Part shown: positions 11,901 through 23,518 of the stretch, one piece after another
Position numbering within the stretch: position 1 is the first letter of the stretch
Layout of the letters: each line of letters begins with the position of its first letter
Assembly (NCBI RefSeq): GCF_031769215.1
Contig: NW_026781909.1
Coordinates: 1,054,001-1,118,000, forward strand
Source of the DNA: Ylistrum balloti
Lineage: Eukaryota
Length of the DNA: 64,000 nt
Reading direction: 5' to 3'
The notes under the pieces: model-generated
Databases searched by the model: none
What the model was told of the DNA's origin: nothing
What the model saw: the letters and a program-made list of their open reading frames with translations, nothing else
Translations under genes and position numbers: made by a program

Positions 11901-14900
11901 ATATGGTGTGTGCCCGCGATTTGAACTCGCCACGGCAAAACTACACCTCCAGAGCATCGCACCTTCACCATTACACTACAGCGGCTGATTACGTCACAGA
12001 GGAGATTTTGTTAGTAATATAAATCAAAACCAACACACTTCGGATGTACACTGATTTTATTATGGGTGTGTGAATTGACACTTTAGTTTATATCTCGTAT
12101 ATAGGAACACTTTCTCATTTTTATATGTTAGTGTATGTTTTGAAAACAACACTGTAGCAAATACAGTTTTGCCATTATGTTTTTTCTGACGATAAATCCC
12201 TGCATTTTGTTTGGTTGCAAAATTCTATTTTTAGACGCAGACTCAGACAACGTTATTATGGAAAATACCGTTTACAAACAAAAAAAGAAAAGGTTTTATT
12301 TTATTTTTTATACTTGTTATTGTATTTTTACTTACTGCATACTTATCAAAACACTAGCAATATCTACAATGACTATTTTTTCGAAGTCAGATCTGACGTC
12401 TGCTCATATGCACAAACGTAAACAAATCGCGACAATGTCGCGAATACACAACATGGATATCTTCTACATAATATTGTTACATACCTGTTAAAGAAGTAGA
12501 CAACTTCTACAAGATGTGCAGATGTGTTGACAGCTCTTCTACGTATACATACTTCAAATGTAGGCTGAAACTTGCAAGATCTTCTGTACGAGTTTAGACT
12601 AACGTACAATGTAGCGCATTAGACTCGGGCCTAGGAGATTGCAAAATCTAGGAGTTGTTACCATGGATATTTTTGTCATTTTTCAAAATACATTTTTTTT
12701 CATTATTATTATCTAATTTTATTAACAAACATAAGTCAAGTCATTTTTCATGTTTTTGTCTTTTATTTCAGCATCCATTTACTTCCGCAATCTTGTAGTC
12801 GGTCTCGACGCTAACGTTACGCTGGGCAACGTCAAAATCTCACCAAAATCGTGAAATGTGGTTACAAATTCAGAAGATATTTGTTATTTTAAATACCTCC
12901 CCAGGCATGTACCAAAAAAATATTTGAGCATCGCAAACATAATGTGGAAATTGTTCTCATTGATAAATATAAAATTGGTACACCCTTGGGGAGGTAGTTA
13001 ATTTTTCGTTCAAAGTCATAAAATATCGAAAAAAATCGTGACTTTTTGTAAACGTGACGTTTTCCCGCGAAATTTGTGACGTCATCACACGCGTTATGAA
13101 CCTATTTTTATCTGCATTTCAACTGATAAGTTGTTAAATAACACAAATGGGTACATGATTAAAGAATTTTCTAACAATTAAAAAAAAGATTTTTTGAGGC
13201 CAATTTTGAGCCAAAGTGCATCTACTCCTTTGTAAAAATGGTGTATAGCAACCATGAGGACAGAGGGGCGGGGCTCTGATGGGTGAAAAGGTATAGGCAA
13301 GGACAGGGGAACGAATTTTGTAAAAATGGTGTATAGCAACCATGAGGGCAGTGAGGCGGGACAAATGGCATACATCTATATTCATTTAAAGTGTGCTATT
13401 CCTTTGTCATTTTGGATTAAATTATGCTACTTTTGGCATATTCAAGGATTTTTCTTTCTGATTAGATTTTAGTCAAAGCTAAATATCAAGAAAACAGTGA
13501 TTACTAACTCCAATGAGATAATTATGATCTTATAACGAAATTGCTATCATGTTAAAAATGGATTGTTTTCGTGTACGAACAAACTAACTGACACGTTAAA
13601 ATGTTATCAGTTAAGCGTCTCAACGCAACGAGACATTTACCACGCCAATTGTCACTAACGAGATCACTAACGCATTTTAATGGAAATTTGTTTATATATT
13701 TCCATACCGAAATGATATTGATAAGTGTTATACAAGTGCATTTCAAATCATTCACGTGTGCTTGAAGACTGTTGAAATCATCCAATATTAGATATGAAAT
13801 TTATTGGATTGTGGAGAAGTACAACACGCCATTTATATTATGACATTCATTTAGAACAGTTTGGATTTTCCTGTGTCGTCTTTAGGTTTCAATAATTTAA
13901 CAATCATAACTATAAGTAAGAAAAGAATGAGATGATTGGTGTAGGTACATTCATCATCTGTCGCTGTTGTATCTTAATAAATATTTTGAAGTTACTTATC
14001 ACTTTTGTACAATTTTTCATGTCTTTATATATCATGTAATAAATGAAACCTACATAATGATATATTTTCTATGTTTAAATGATAACTATACCTTCCAATT
14101 CTTGCTCCGCGTCCTCTGATTCCTGCACTTTTTGCTCCTACATAAACATAAAAACACGCATCAACATTTTTTTTTTCTAAACCTAATATTTGTTTAAACT
14201 ATCAATACCATGCCCAAACACAGTCAATGAAATCCTTTTCAGAGGTAGATTATTTTCTTTTGACCAGAAGATCTGTTTGAACTTTCGATACCAGGCCCAG
14301 ATTGTATACTGATAACGTTGTTAGTATCCTCGGGATTATTGCTACTTTTGAGTTTTAACCCCCGGTGAAATAGGTACATAATAATGTACTTTGGAAAAGA
14401 CGAATTAAGTAAAACATGATTTATTTGATGACTGATAAGATTCAAACTGTTGATAAAACCGTGAACGTTTGGATTAGGACCAAAGTCAGGACTTGTAGTA
14501 TTGGGTCGTCCTGATAGAGGTGAAGGTCAATACCGGAAAAACAAATCTTGGCTCAAACTCAAAAATAACGAGGACAAAGTATGAAAAAACATTGTTAAGT
14601 AATCACAACGTTAATGCCCAAAATTTCAATTTGTAATTGCTTATTTAATAAAAAGAAACGTATTTGAAAAAAAAGAAAGAAAAAAAAATTGTCTGGTTTA
14701 TATAATAAATATTTGGTTAATGTAAAATGTGAGTTTGTCAGGATCATATGATATTGGTATTAAGTTTACGTTATCAATATTGATGGTCTGGTCTATATAA
14801 TAAAAATATATATGTGTAAAGTATGTCAACAAATTCATCAAAAACATACCAACATGTGAACATAATCATAATCCAAATTCATATTCGATAAAACTAGGGC

Positions 14901-16294
14901 AAAATATAAACGAAAGAAACATGAACACTGAGATTCCTGAAAAGTGCAAGGGGAATAAGACAACCAATATGTTACAAAAGAATAAGCGTCCTCTGCTTTA
15001 TCGACAACACTCGTAATGTAAACCTTGGTCAATCCAAGTAAGCAAGGTCACGTTCTCAAATGAAAAGAACGAAAACAACAACGGAACCAACAAACACAAG
15101 CATCAAACACATCCAGCTTCAGAAACAGACTATGACGACCGTAACACTTCCGTTGTTTTCGTCAACCTGCTTGTTTTGAAACCCTGTGTTATGGTTAGAC
15201 CGTCAGTTGATGACATATTGCAATCATGGTAATAGGAACAGGCCCTTGTTTGTAGAATCAAATGCGACATGTAAACACCATAGGTTTAGGATACTGGTGT
15301 ATTGTTATCCAGAAATAGAAAATAAGCAACAGGGAAAGTAAATATGAATGCGTCCGTTTTATGTGATACGTTTTAATTTAATGCTATACATTTTTATGTG
15401 TCTGGTTTAAGAACAAGGAGAATTTTGCTATATTTTTGAGAGTTCAGGAGGAGAAATGTCGTTCGGTTTATCTCACTCAAATGATGTCATATCGGCAAAT
15501 GGTACCCTAGTTTATAACAAAGAAATATCTTGACTACTTCCAACTGCTGAACATGTCTAACCGCATGTGACATAATCTTGAATTACAATTCTTATATTTA
15601 GTTAGTATTGACTTTCATGTTTTCATGTTTACATCCCGATTTGGAAACCCAAATGTTCTAAAAGCCCCCACGAATTCTGGTGTATGTGTGTGTGTGTTTA
15701 TTTTTTTAATGATATAGAATATGCAGCTGTTTTGCCCATTTCATGATATAAAAGTAATTTTTGTGTATCCATTCATGTTACCAAGAACAGATAAGTAAAT
15801 ACTGCTTGTTTTAAAACAAATATATCGGTTATGAGCAAATGTTGACGATATCGACAAACAGATGTCTATATCTGTTTACAGTGATCATATTTTGATCGTT
15901 AACAATAGCGGCTTGTAGATATCTTGGATGACGCATTAGGCATATCATTTAAATTTTAATTGATCCGACAAATTATCTTGATTCTACTAGTGCACTTTCC
16001 CCTCCATCTGCAGTTCATACATCAATGCTGTAATAACATATTTCTAAAAACTTTAGGTATCACTTGATTTCAAACGAGTAGTGAAAGAAAAAACGTTTTC
16101 ATTTGATTAGAGTTTTTGTTGTTTCAATTAATAAACATTTACCAAGATGTTAATTGCATTGTTTACAAAAGCATACATAGAACGAAATTACCTCCCCTGC
16201 TACATCTACATAATATCCTTTGTAAACACAAGTTTGTAAACTTGATAATAATTTCATTTCACATTTTTATGTGAAAAAACTCTTTACTTACCAT
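5974..16294 (-). CDS. Calmodulin-like gene A (C-lobe intact, N-lobe missing or highly diverged, extended C-terminal tail)
   Basis: Exons: ATG 16294-16292 (ATG|GTAAGT); 14137-14092 (EQKVQESEDAEQELE, 46 nt, phase 0 to 1); 6475-6233 (243 nt, GNGSLEFPEF...DRDGNGFLDPKE...DKNSDGLIDLN); 6065-5974 (EFIAFFTGNSTPHEASGNQTTTTMGLNLTV*). The last two exons are firm. Linking the first two exons to this gene is inference, and no clear EF1 exon was found. Confidence 0.65.
7845..10195 (-). CDS. Transposase, 690 aa, DDE_Tnp_4-like catalytic domain plus C-terminal SWIM zinc finger
   Basis: Exon 10195-8847 (1349 nt, donor AG|GTAAGG) and exon 8568-7845 (724 nt, acceptor TTTTTCAG) join in frame as LVTKIR-WVVEAVNGRLK. 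Motifs IDGTY, VDRGF and VVE form the putative D-D-E triad. N-terminal CxxC/CCxxH clusters; C-terminal WYCTCRAGARVVGTCSH (CxC-x-CxH). No stops or frameshifts. Confidence 0.88.
11904..11985 (-). other. tRNA-like (Pol III A/B-box) sequence inside the transposon; not a functional tRNA
   Basis: Minus strand GCCGCTGTAGTGTAATGGTGAAGG...GGCGAGTTCAAATCGCGGGCACACACCA: A-box-like TAGTGTAATGG and B-box GTTCAAATC. Stems are degenerate. Confidence 0.45.
14860..15300 (-). repeat. Copy of a dispersed repeat family (3' end of the Penelope-like element)
   Basis: Shares cataatccaaattc..aaaactagggcaaaat, gcgtcctctgctttatcgacaacactcg..aaaccttggtcaatc and tatgacgacc blocks with 32640-34500. Related copies at about 17680(+), 24950-25260(-), 25980(+), 27270(+) and 30945(+). 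Confidence 0.65.
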
Positions 16295-18580
16295 CGGATT
16301 TATTCTGTATACCTCCTTTGATACCACACTGCCTTCACATAAACGTTTGTTAAAAGTCCAACTCAATAGCTTAGTCAAGATCGCATGTTATTATATATCT
16401 GATTGTGACACGAACATAATATACAGAGGGACAATGCAGATAAGCATTTATAAAGGACGATCATTTTGTCTTGAACATTCCATACACAATACTAATGATT
16501 TTGGCAAACATTAAAATATCATTGTACTAATATTCAATGTACTTTTGTAATTAGTTAATTTGTATAATTTATCAAGAAGGTTCGAAGGACATTGTATAAC
16601 AATATAAATATGAGAAATACAAAATATTTAATCTCTTTGAGTATACAAATGTATTTCATTCCGACAAAAAGAACTCAGTGTTATAAATTCTGAAAAAGTA
16701 CACAAACATGAGTTCATAGGAATAACAAATTAAATGTAAAATTAATTATGTTTTGTCATAGCTTAGTCTATTGGAAAAAGACAATGTGATGTTTCAGAAG
16801 CGTTTTATGTTTGGTTAACCAGTCCTAACTGATTACTGGCTTACATTACCTGTGACTTGGCTGGGTTTTGTCAATTATTACTTGTTTAAGCATTATCAGC
16901 TTAGTATTTCCTGACCTCATTAACAATGATTCGATTTTTTAGTATTTGATTTTCCAGTGTTCTATCCATGAATTAAACAAAATGAATGTTTCACCCCTTC
17001 GATCAAAAGGAGCTGCAGAACTATTTAAATAACTTAAAACAGATTCGACGATTTATCGTATTTAATCAGCTGTTACAGGGTAACTACCTTTGTCCTTTAT
17101 ACAAATATCTTGGTGTCACTCATCGATAAAGTCATCACTAGGCTCGGCTGTCTTCATCTAGGCAAATGACCATACATATTTCAGTATGGCAAAATGATAA
17201 CCATTACGTATCTATTAACATGTAAATGACATTATGTCCATTTTGTGTACAAATGTAAAGTCGGTATGTGTACAATTTGTATCCGTTTTTTCTTCATTTT
17301 CAAAAGTTTTTGAAATATATAAACAGAAACCGTACAGAGAAATGTGTGCCCATGTTAACGTCATAAGTAGAAGAACAATGTTTTCTTTACTGTTTGGGTA
17401 CAAAATGTTTATTGCACAGGACAAGCATGTAGTCAAAATACTTATGTTTTTCTCATGTAACTTATAGGACATAAACATTGTACAAAAATATGTTCGCATA
17501 TGGTAACTAAATGAATAAATATTTTAAAAAAATACATAGAAATGAACAAAAAAATAAACAATGACATGTTCGCCATTATGATCATATCGGAAGATGTCCG
17601 ACTCTCGTTATTAACCAGGTGCTAACTAGGAATACGTCAACTAATGTAGACTAACACAGGTAAACATGACGGATACCGTTAAGGGTGTCTTTGATGTAGC
17701 AAAAGATGCTTACTCTTCCGGAACACATGTCTCCGTGTAAATATTTCTGTTGTTCATATTTGCTCCTGTTTCATCAAATTTGAGTTTGAATCCATATCCT
17801 GTTAAAATGTCTGTGTTCATTGTTTTGCATTGTTTGTTTGTTTATGTTGTTTACTTTCGTCTTCATCTAATCCTTTATCCAATAGATTTTAATTAATGTT
17901 TTATTATGACAGGAGGAAAATACCCAAGATCAAACTGATATGTGTAATCAGACATGGACTTTTTTCATTTATGAGTCGTATATAATTTCATCATATCAAT
18001 TTTACCTTTTAAGTTTTACGCCCAAATAGTTTTTCCTAAAAATAAATATAAAAAAATAAATCAGCAACAAGGACCTAGTGTACCGTACATCATATACATG
18101 TACAAATTATACCCATGTGTTTATCAACTCCGAATAAAGAAGTTTGTGATTGATAAGGTACAAGTCTAGAACTGAACTAAAGTGTTACAAACAACTCCTG
18201 TCCTTCCCGGGATTTTCAGTGTTGATAAGAGATAAAACCACAAAAGTCTAGAATGGGAACTAAATTAATGAGATTTAAAACCCTATAACACAAAGACTTT
18301 GCAAGATATTGGAATCGAAGTAATGATCGCTACTGGAAATGTATATATATGAGAGTTAGAGACTAATTAGCCGATACATGATATCAATTTATTTTAAGTG
18401 ATATTATAATCATTAACCGAAAACAACACAAACTTTCAACGTTACAATGATCACATTTAATCAGATATATATCCGACAATTCCAAAAAGGTATTTCAGAA
18501 AAAGAATGATATGAATGATCTGTTGTCGTTGTTGCTGAATATTGATGGTAACCGCTGATGTCCGTGTAATGCCGGGTTAC

Positions 18581-20702
18581 CTAATCGTTAGCAAGGATCT
18601 TGGCAAATTCTGTAACAGAAAGTAAATGTCATTAGCTATCTGAGTCTTTGTATATGCAGGCAATAATTTATTGTAAAGTATAAAACTATTATACTAGTTC
18701 TATAGAGAAAATCCGACATTAATTTGTTAAAAAATATATTTTATGGTATATCTTTTTCTCTAAGTTCGATCTACAATGTATTGTCCCTGATTGCTGATTT
18801 TTTTCTAAATGTTATAGACTACTGTATACCATACTTACTTATATATTTATGTTTATCATGAACATTTTCTAAAAGTTTTATCGTATGATTATACTAACCA
18901 CCATATTTTATGTAGCCATCACCATCAGGATCAGCCTCTCTGATCAATGCATCCACCTCCTCGTCTGTCAATTTCTCCTCCAAGTTCACAAGAGCATGGC
19001 GAATTTCTGCTGCACTAATCAGACCATTGCTGTCTTTATCAAATGTCTTAAACGCGTTTAATATTTCCTCCTCCTCGTCATGCCCATCAGGAAGAAAGCG
19101 GATCATACATTCTAAAACATCCTGAAAATCTGCGGTGCCATGCCCTGAAAATGAATACATCTTGTCGTGCAGCAATTTATTTTTGTAGTTACAACTTTCC
19201 CAGTCAGGTGGGTAATATTTTTGAGTCTTCAGTGACAACAATATTACACTATTACACAGGTTTAATTAGTCAATGACAAAGTTTCATTCAACAATGCCGT
19301 AAAAGAAATCAGCTGCTCGACCTCCCAAATTTCCTTCCGCAGTAAGACCGCTCGTACGCTTCTGTCAGGGCCAACAATAGTAATAAATGTTGGCTGGTAT
19401 AACCTTTTTCACAATTATTGCAATTGTATCATAATATTCTCTTTATAGCCGGAGAATGAATAAAATTACATCATGCAGTTGTTTCATCCTTCTAAGAATC
19501 GATCTGATTTGTTAGAACGTGAACAAGGAAAGTTTAAAAAATGTCCGAAATAAACGCATAAATATAGGCAGCGTTATTTTAATCATATTTAGAGAGGTTT
19601 AGGTAAAAGAGTTCTATCGCTATTTAAAACAAGAACAAAGAATGATATTTTTGAAAGAAATTGACTTTTTAAACCATGCATGTTCATCGATTTATGCTAA
19701 TAATTTCAAAACGCTTTCTACACACTTTAAGGTACAGTCTCACAATAGTCAAGATACAAAGCGATAACGTGAAGTTTTAAGAAGGACACTGTGGAACAAT
19801 ACAAGGGAGATAATCACCTGTTGGATCCACGTCCTTCATCATCTCCTTGAGTTGGGCCTCTGTTGGAGCGGCGTTTAATGCCCTTATAATGGTAGCTATG
19901 TCTTTGGAAGCTATTGTACCATCTCCATCTTTGTCAAAGAGCTTAAATGTGTCTTTAAACTCTAAAATGAAAGCAAAATCCAATTTTGTATCGCTCTATA
20001 TTTCCTTTTTATTACATTTTGTATGATGATGTTTGTTTTCAATATTTAATATGATAATTCAAATGGAATATTTTTTTGCACTGTTATCATGTTCAAAATT
20101 ATTTGAAAACATATCAGTTTGAAAACAAAATTTCGTAACAATGTTGATTTAAGGGAAAATTTTTTTGTTAGTGTTTAAAGAATGAAATTTTAAAGTGTTA
20201 TTTTGATGTCAGTACAGAAATCATAGACATACCTGCTAGCTGGTTATCTGTCAACTGGCTCGCCTGCAATAAAAAATAAGGGTTTTTACATTTTTCATAC
20301 AATCACTAAAGTATGGTATGAATGGTATTCATATACAGCTTCTTGAAATTAAATGCAAAACATATACTTAATATACATAGATACAATAAACAGTTATGTA
20401 AAGTTTGCAAAAAGAATATAATATACATTTATTCGAGTGTCCATGAATATCAACTTCACGTACGAAAATTGATGTCAAACGAATCTTAATTCAAATAAAT
20501 ACATGTAATTCACAGTGTTACGATGAATTACATTTCCATGATAAAAATATGTGTTTGTTACATTATATATCAATCATTTACCTGAATTGTTTAAACTGAA
20601 GAACAAATTTATCATTTTGTAGGTTACTGAATAGATTTTCAATTTATCTCACAACTTTACGAATACTAATTAGCAGCATTAGCAACGCAAATTACTTGCC
20701 AT
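18581..20702 (-). CDS. Calmodulin-like gene B, 150 aa
   Basis: Exons: ATG 20702-20700 (ATG|GCAAGT, GC donor, tentative); 20263-20233 ([10 protein letters not shown]); 19961-19818 (144 nt, [21 protein letters not shown]...); 19144-18899 (246 nt); 18609-18581 (EFAKILAND*). All phases are compatible and all acceptors are AG. Confidence 0.88.
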
Positions 20703-22520
20703 ATTAAGTTGTTGACATTCCTGGTGGCAGAAAGATGGCGGAAATGAAACAATACAAATCCACACAAAGGGACACGCACGTGCTACGTATGTATTTAATT
20801 TGACAGATGTATGAATATTGGCCCATTGAATACTCTATCTTTGATAACATTAAATATAATTTCATTTCCATTACGGTAGGATGTTACTGTTGAATTGATG
20901 TGTGATATTATCAATGGTGGTTTTGAGACTAATCATGAATATATTAAAAAAGATAGAATAAAGTAAAAAAAAAATAAAATAAAATAAAAAATAAATAAAT
21001 AACGAAATAAAATTTACATGAATTACTATACATTATATGATATCACAACTGTAAGCTATACTTCAGAACTTTGATGAAAATATATTTCGTTTCAAAAATG
21101 TTTTCTGCAACAAAATGGCTCTTTTTGCATTAGAGATATAGACAGAACGTATGATATACCCCACAGTGTGGAGGTATCCATTATACAAAAAATGTACAAC
21201 AAATAACATATCCATTACAATAGGTATTTCAACTTGGGTCCGTTCAATTAGATTTAATCATATTGTGCCTACTCTCCTGGTCCGTGCATTTAAATAATTC
21301 AATAGATGCCTTTGTGTGTACGGTATCATTATATGACAATCAGTTGCAACAATGACTTACAACAATGATTAATAACACTGAAATGTTAAGGGCTAAACTT
21401 TGATCAAAAGTATTGATACAACACACCTACAGGAAGGCACATGTGTCCTGATTAGAGTAGTTTCAGTAAGTTTTATAATTAGAAGGGGCAATAACCCTAG
21501 TATTGTTTTTATTTATTTACGTACATTTGTATTTCACTCATATATAAAACGGTCATTTCATATTTACCATAAATTGAAAGTAACATATAACTTTACTTTG
21601 ATTGCTTTGAACAAGAATGAGGAAATCAGAAATGACATATTTTTCCTTCGTGTCGAATTCTGTTTCATTGTAGTCCTATAGTGACTTCGGTATAGTACCT
21701 CTTAATCGGAAGTCGGAAAATGGCCACAAAGAGTATCTAAGCTTCGACCTACATGTGAAGCTGACATTTCTTGTCGCAATCTAATCATGATAAATACTCT
21801 CTTCTTGTTACAACGATGAGAAATGCGGTATATGCATAGCTCATTCGTTGACTCGATAATTCATTGAAATTATACGGGATATTAGTTTCGGAGCCTGTTA
21901 ATCATATTCAGATTTATCTGTACTGTGACTTCGATAAGGCAGAGAACACTAAGCTTTATATGGTACTTTGTATCATTCTCCATGTGAATCTTTCTGTTGT
22001 TTGTAGTCTGCTTTCATTTCACCAAAATTCAATAAAATTACAAGTTTAGAAGTTCAATTGTCTGTTATATTACATTGAATTAAATCATTGAAATTATTTC
22101 TGTAATATTGTGCTAATCGGGCAGATGTTGTACGTACAAACACACATATATACACGTATTTATATACACGTGTTTTTCTGAAAAAACGTGATTGGTAAGA
22201 AGGTGATATAGTCAATAGGTACCTCGAGTCATCTGAATTCCATTTTAGGTATAAAAAGAACGTCGAATTATGCATATTCACATAGAAATATCTATTGTGT
22301 CTCTTAGAACATTTTGTACTGGTATTGTTACATTACTCTTCATTAAAGATAATATATATATATGTTTAGAATTAAGGATATGTGTACGTTGTTGTACATT
22401 GAGGATTTAAATGTTTATTTCTTCTGATAGTATGAGATGAATTTCAGTGAAATTGGTAAAGATGCAAGTCACAAAATATTATCTGTATCAAGTGATCAAC
22501 TAAAGTTACATCCCTAAGAT

Positions 22521-23323
22521 ATATACACTTTCATAAGGATGGTGTAATCAATGTTTATTAAACTTATATACACTTTCATAAGGATGGTGTAATCAATGTT
22601 TATTAAACTTATATACACTTTCATAAGGATGGTGTAATCAATGTTTATTAAACTTATATACACTTTCATCAGGATGATGTCATCAATGTTTATTAAACTT
22701 ATATACACTTTCATCAGGATGATGTCATCAATGTTTATTAAAGTTACATACACTTTAATCAGGATAATGTCATCAATGTTTATTAAAGTTACATACACTT
22801 TAATCAGAATAATGTCATCAATGTTTATTAAACTTATATACACTTTCATCAGGATGATGTCATCAATGTTTATTAAACTTATATACACTTTCATCAGGAT
22901 GATGTCATCAATGTTTATCAACTTTATATACACTTTCATCAGGATGATGTCATCAATGTTTATTAAAGTTACATACACTTTAATCAGGATGATGTCATCA
23001 ATGTTTATTAAAGTTACATACACTTTCATCAGGATGATGTCATCAATGTTTATTAAAGTTACATACACTTTAATCAGAATAATGTCATCAATGTTTATTA
23101 ATCTTACAGACACTTTCATCAGGATGATGTCATCAATGTTTATTAATCTTACAGACACTTTCATCAGGATGATGTCATCAATGTTTATTAATCTTACAGA
23201 CACTTTCATCAGGATGATGTCATCAATGTTTATTAATCTTACATACACTTTAATCAGAATAATGTCATCAATGTTTATTAATCTTACAGACACTTTCATC
23301 AGGATGATGTCATTATTGTTTAT
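22521..23323. repeat. 45-bp tandem array, about 18 copies
   Basis: Unit tttcatcaggatgatgtcatcaatgtttattaaacttatatacac; period 45 (catcaatg at 22816 and 22861). It explains the 15-aa repeat ORFs on both strands. Confidence 0.95.
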
Positions 23324-23518
23324 TAATTGGTATTATATAGTTTTAGAATATCTAAAAAATATCATGAACATATATTGCTGATTTACTGCATGACTATAAA
23401 ATATATGAACAGAATGATAATTACACTGCTATCATCCACTTATACTCCTTTCAGTGTTTTATGTAACTATCCATTTACTTTAAATTAAAGGTCCTTCTGA
23501 GTTCGTATCGTCGATGGT

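Larger units (their letters stand above)
7035..13228 (-). mobile_element. 6.2-kb DNA transposon of the PIF/Harbinger-ISL2EU-Spy (IS5-related) group inside an intron of CaM-like gene A
   Basis: Left TIR 7035-7068 GGAGTAGATGCATTAAGGGTCAATTTTGGCCCCA; reverse complement of right TIR 13195-13228 GGAGTAGATGCACTTTGGCTCAAAATTGGCCTCA (27/34 identical, outer 12 perfect). Flanks are AAA and TTT. Encloses the transposase gene. Confidence 0.8.

Noticed and set aside
8847-14137. In-frame CaM-transposase fusion by splicing exon 2 of A onto the acceptor at 10197
   Set aside because: The phase-1 donor puts the transposase out of frame and reaches a stop after about 30 codons.
22514-23381. 261-aa and 246-aa ORFs on opposite strands
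   Set aside because: By-products of the 45-bp array.
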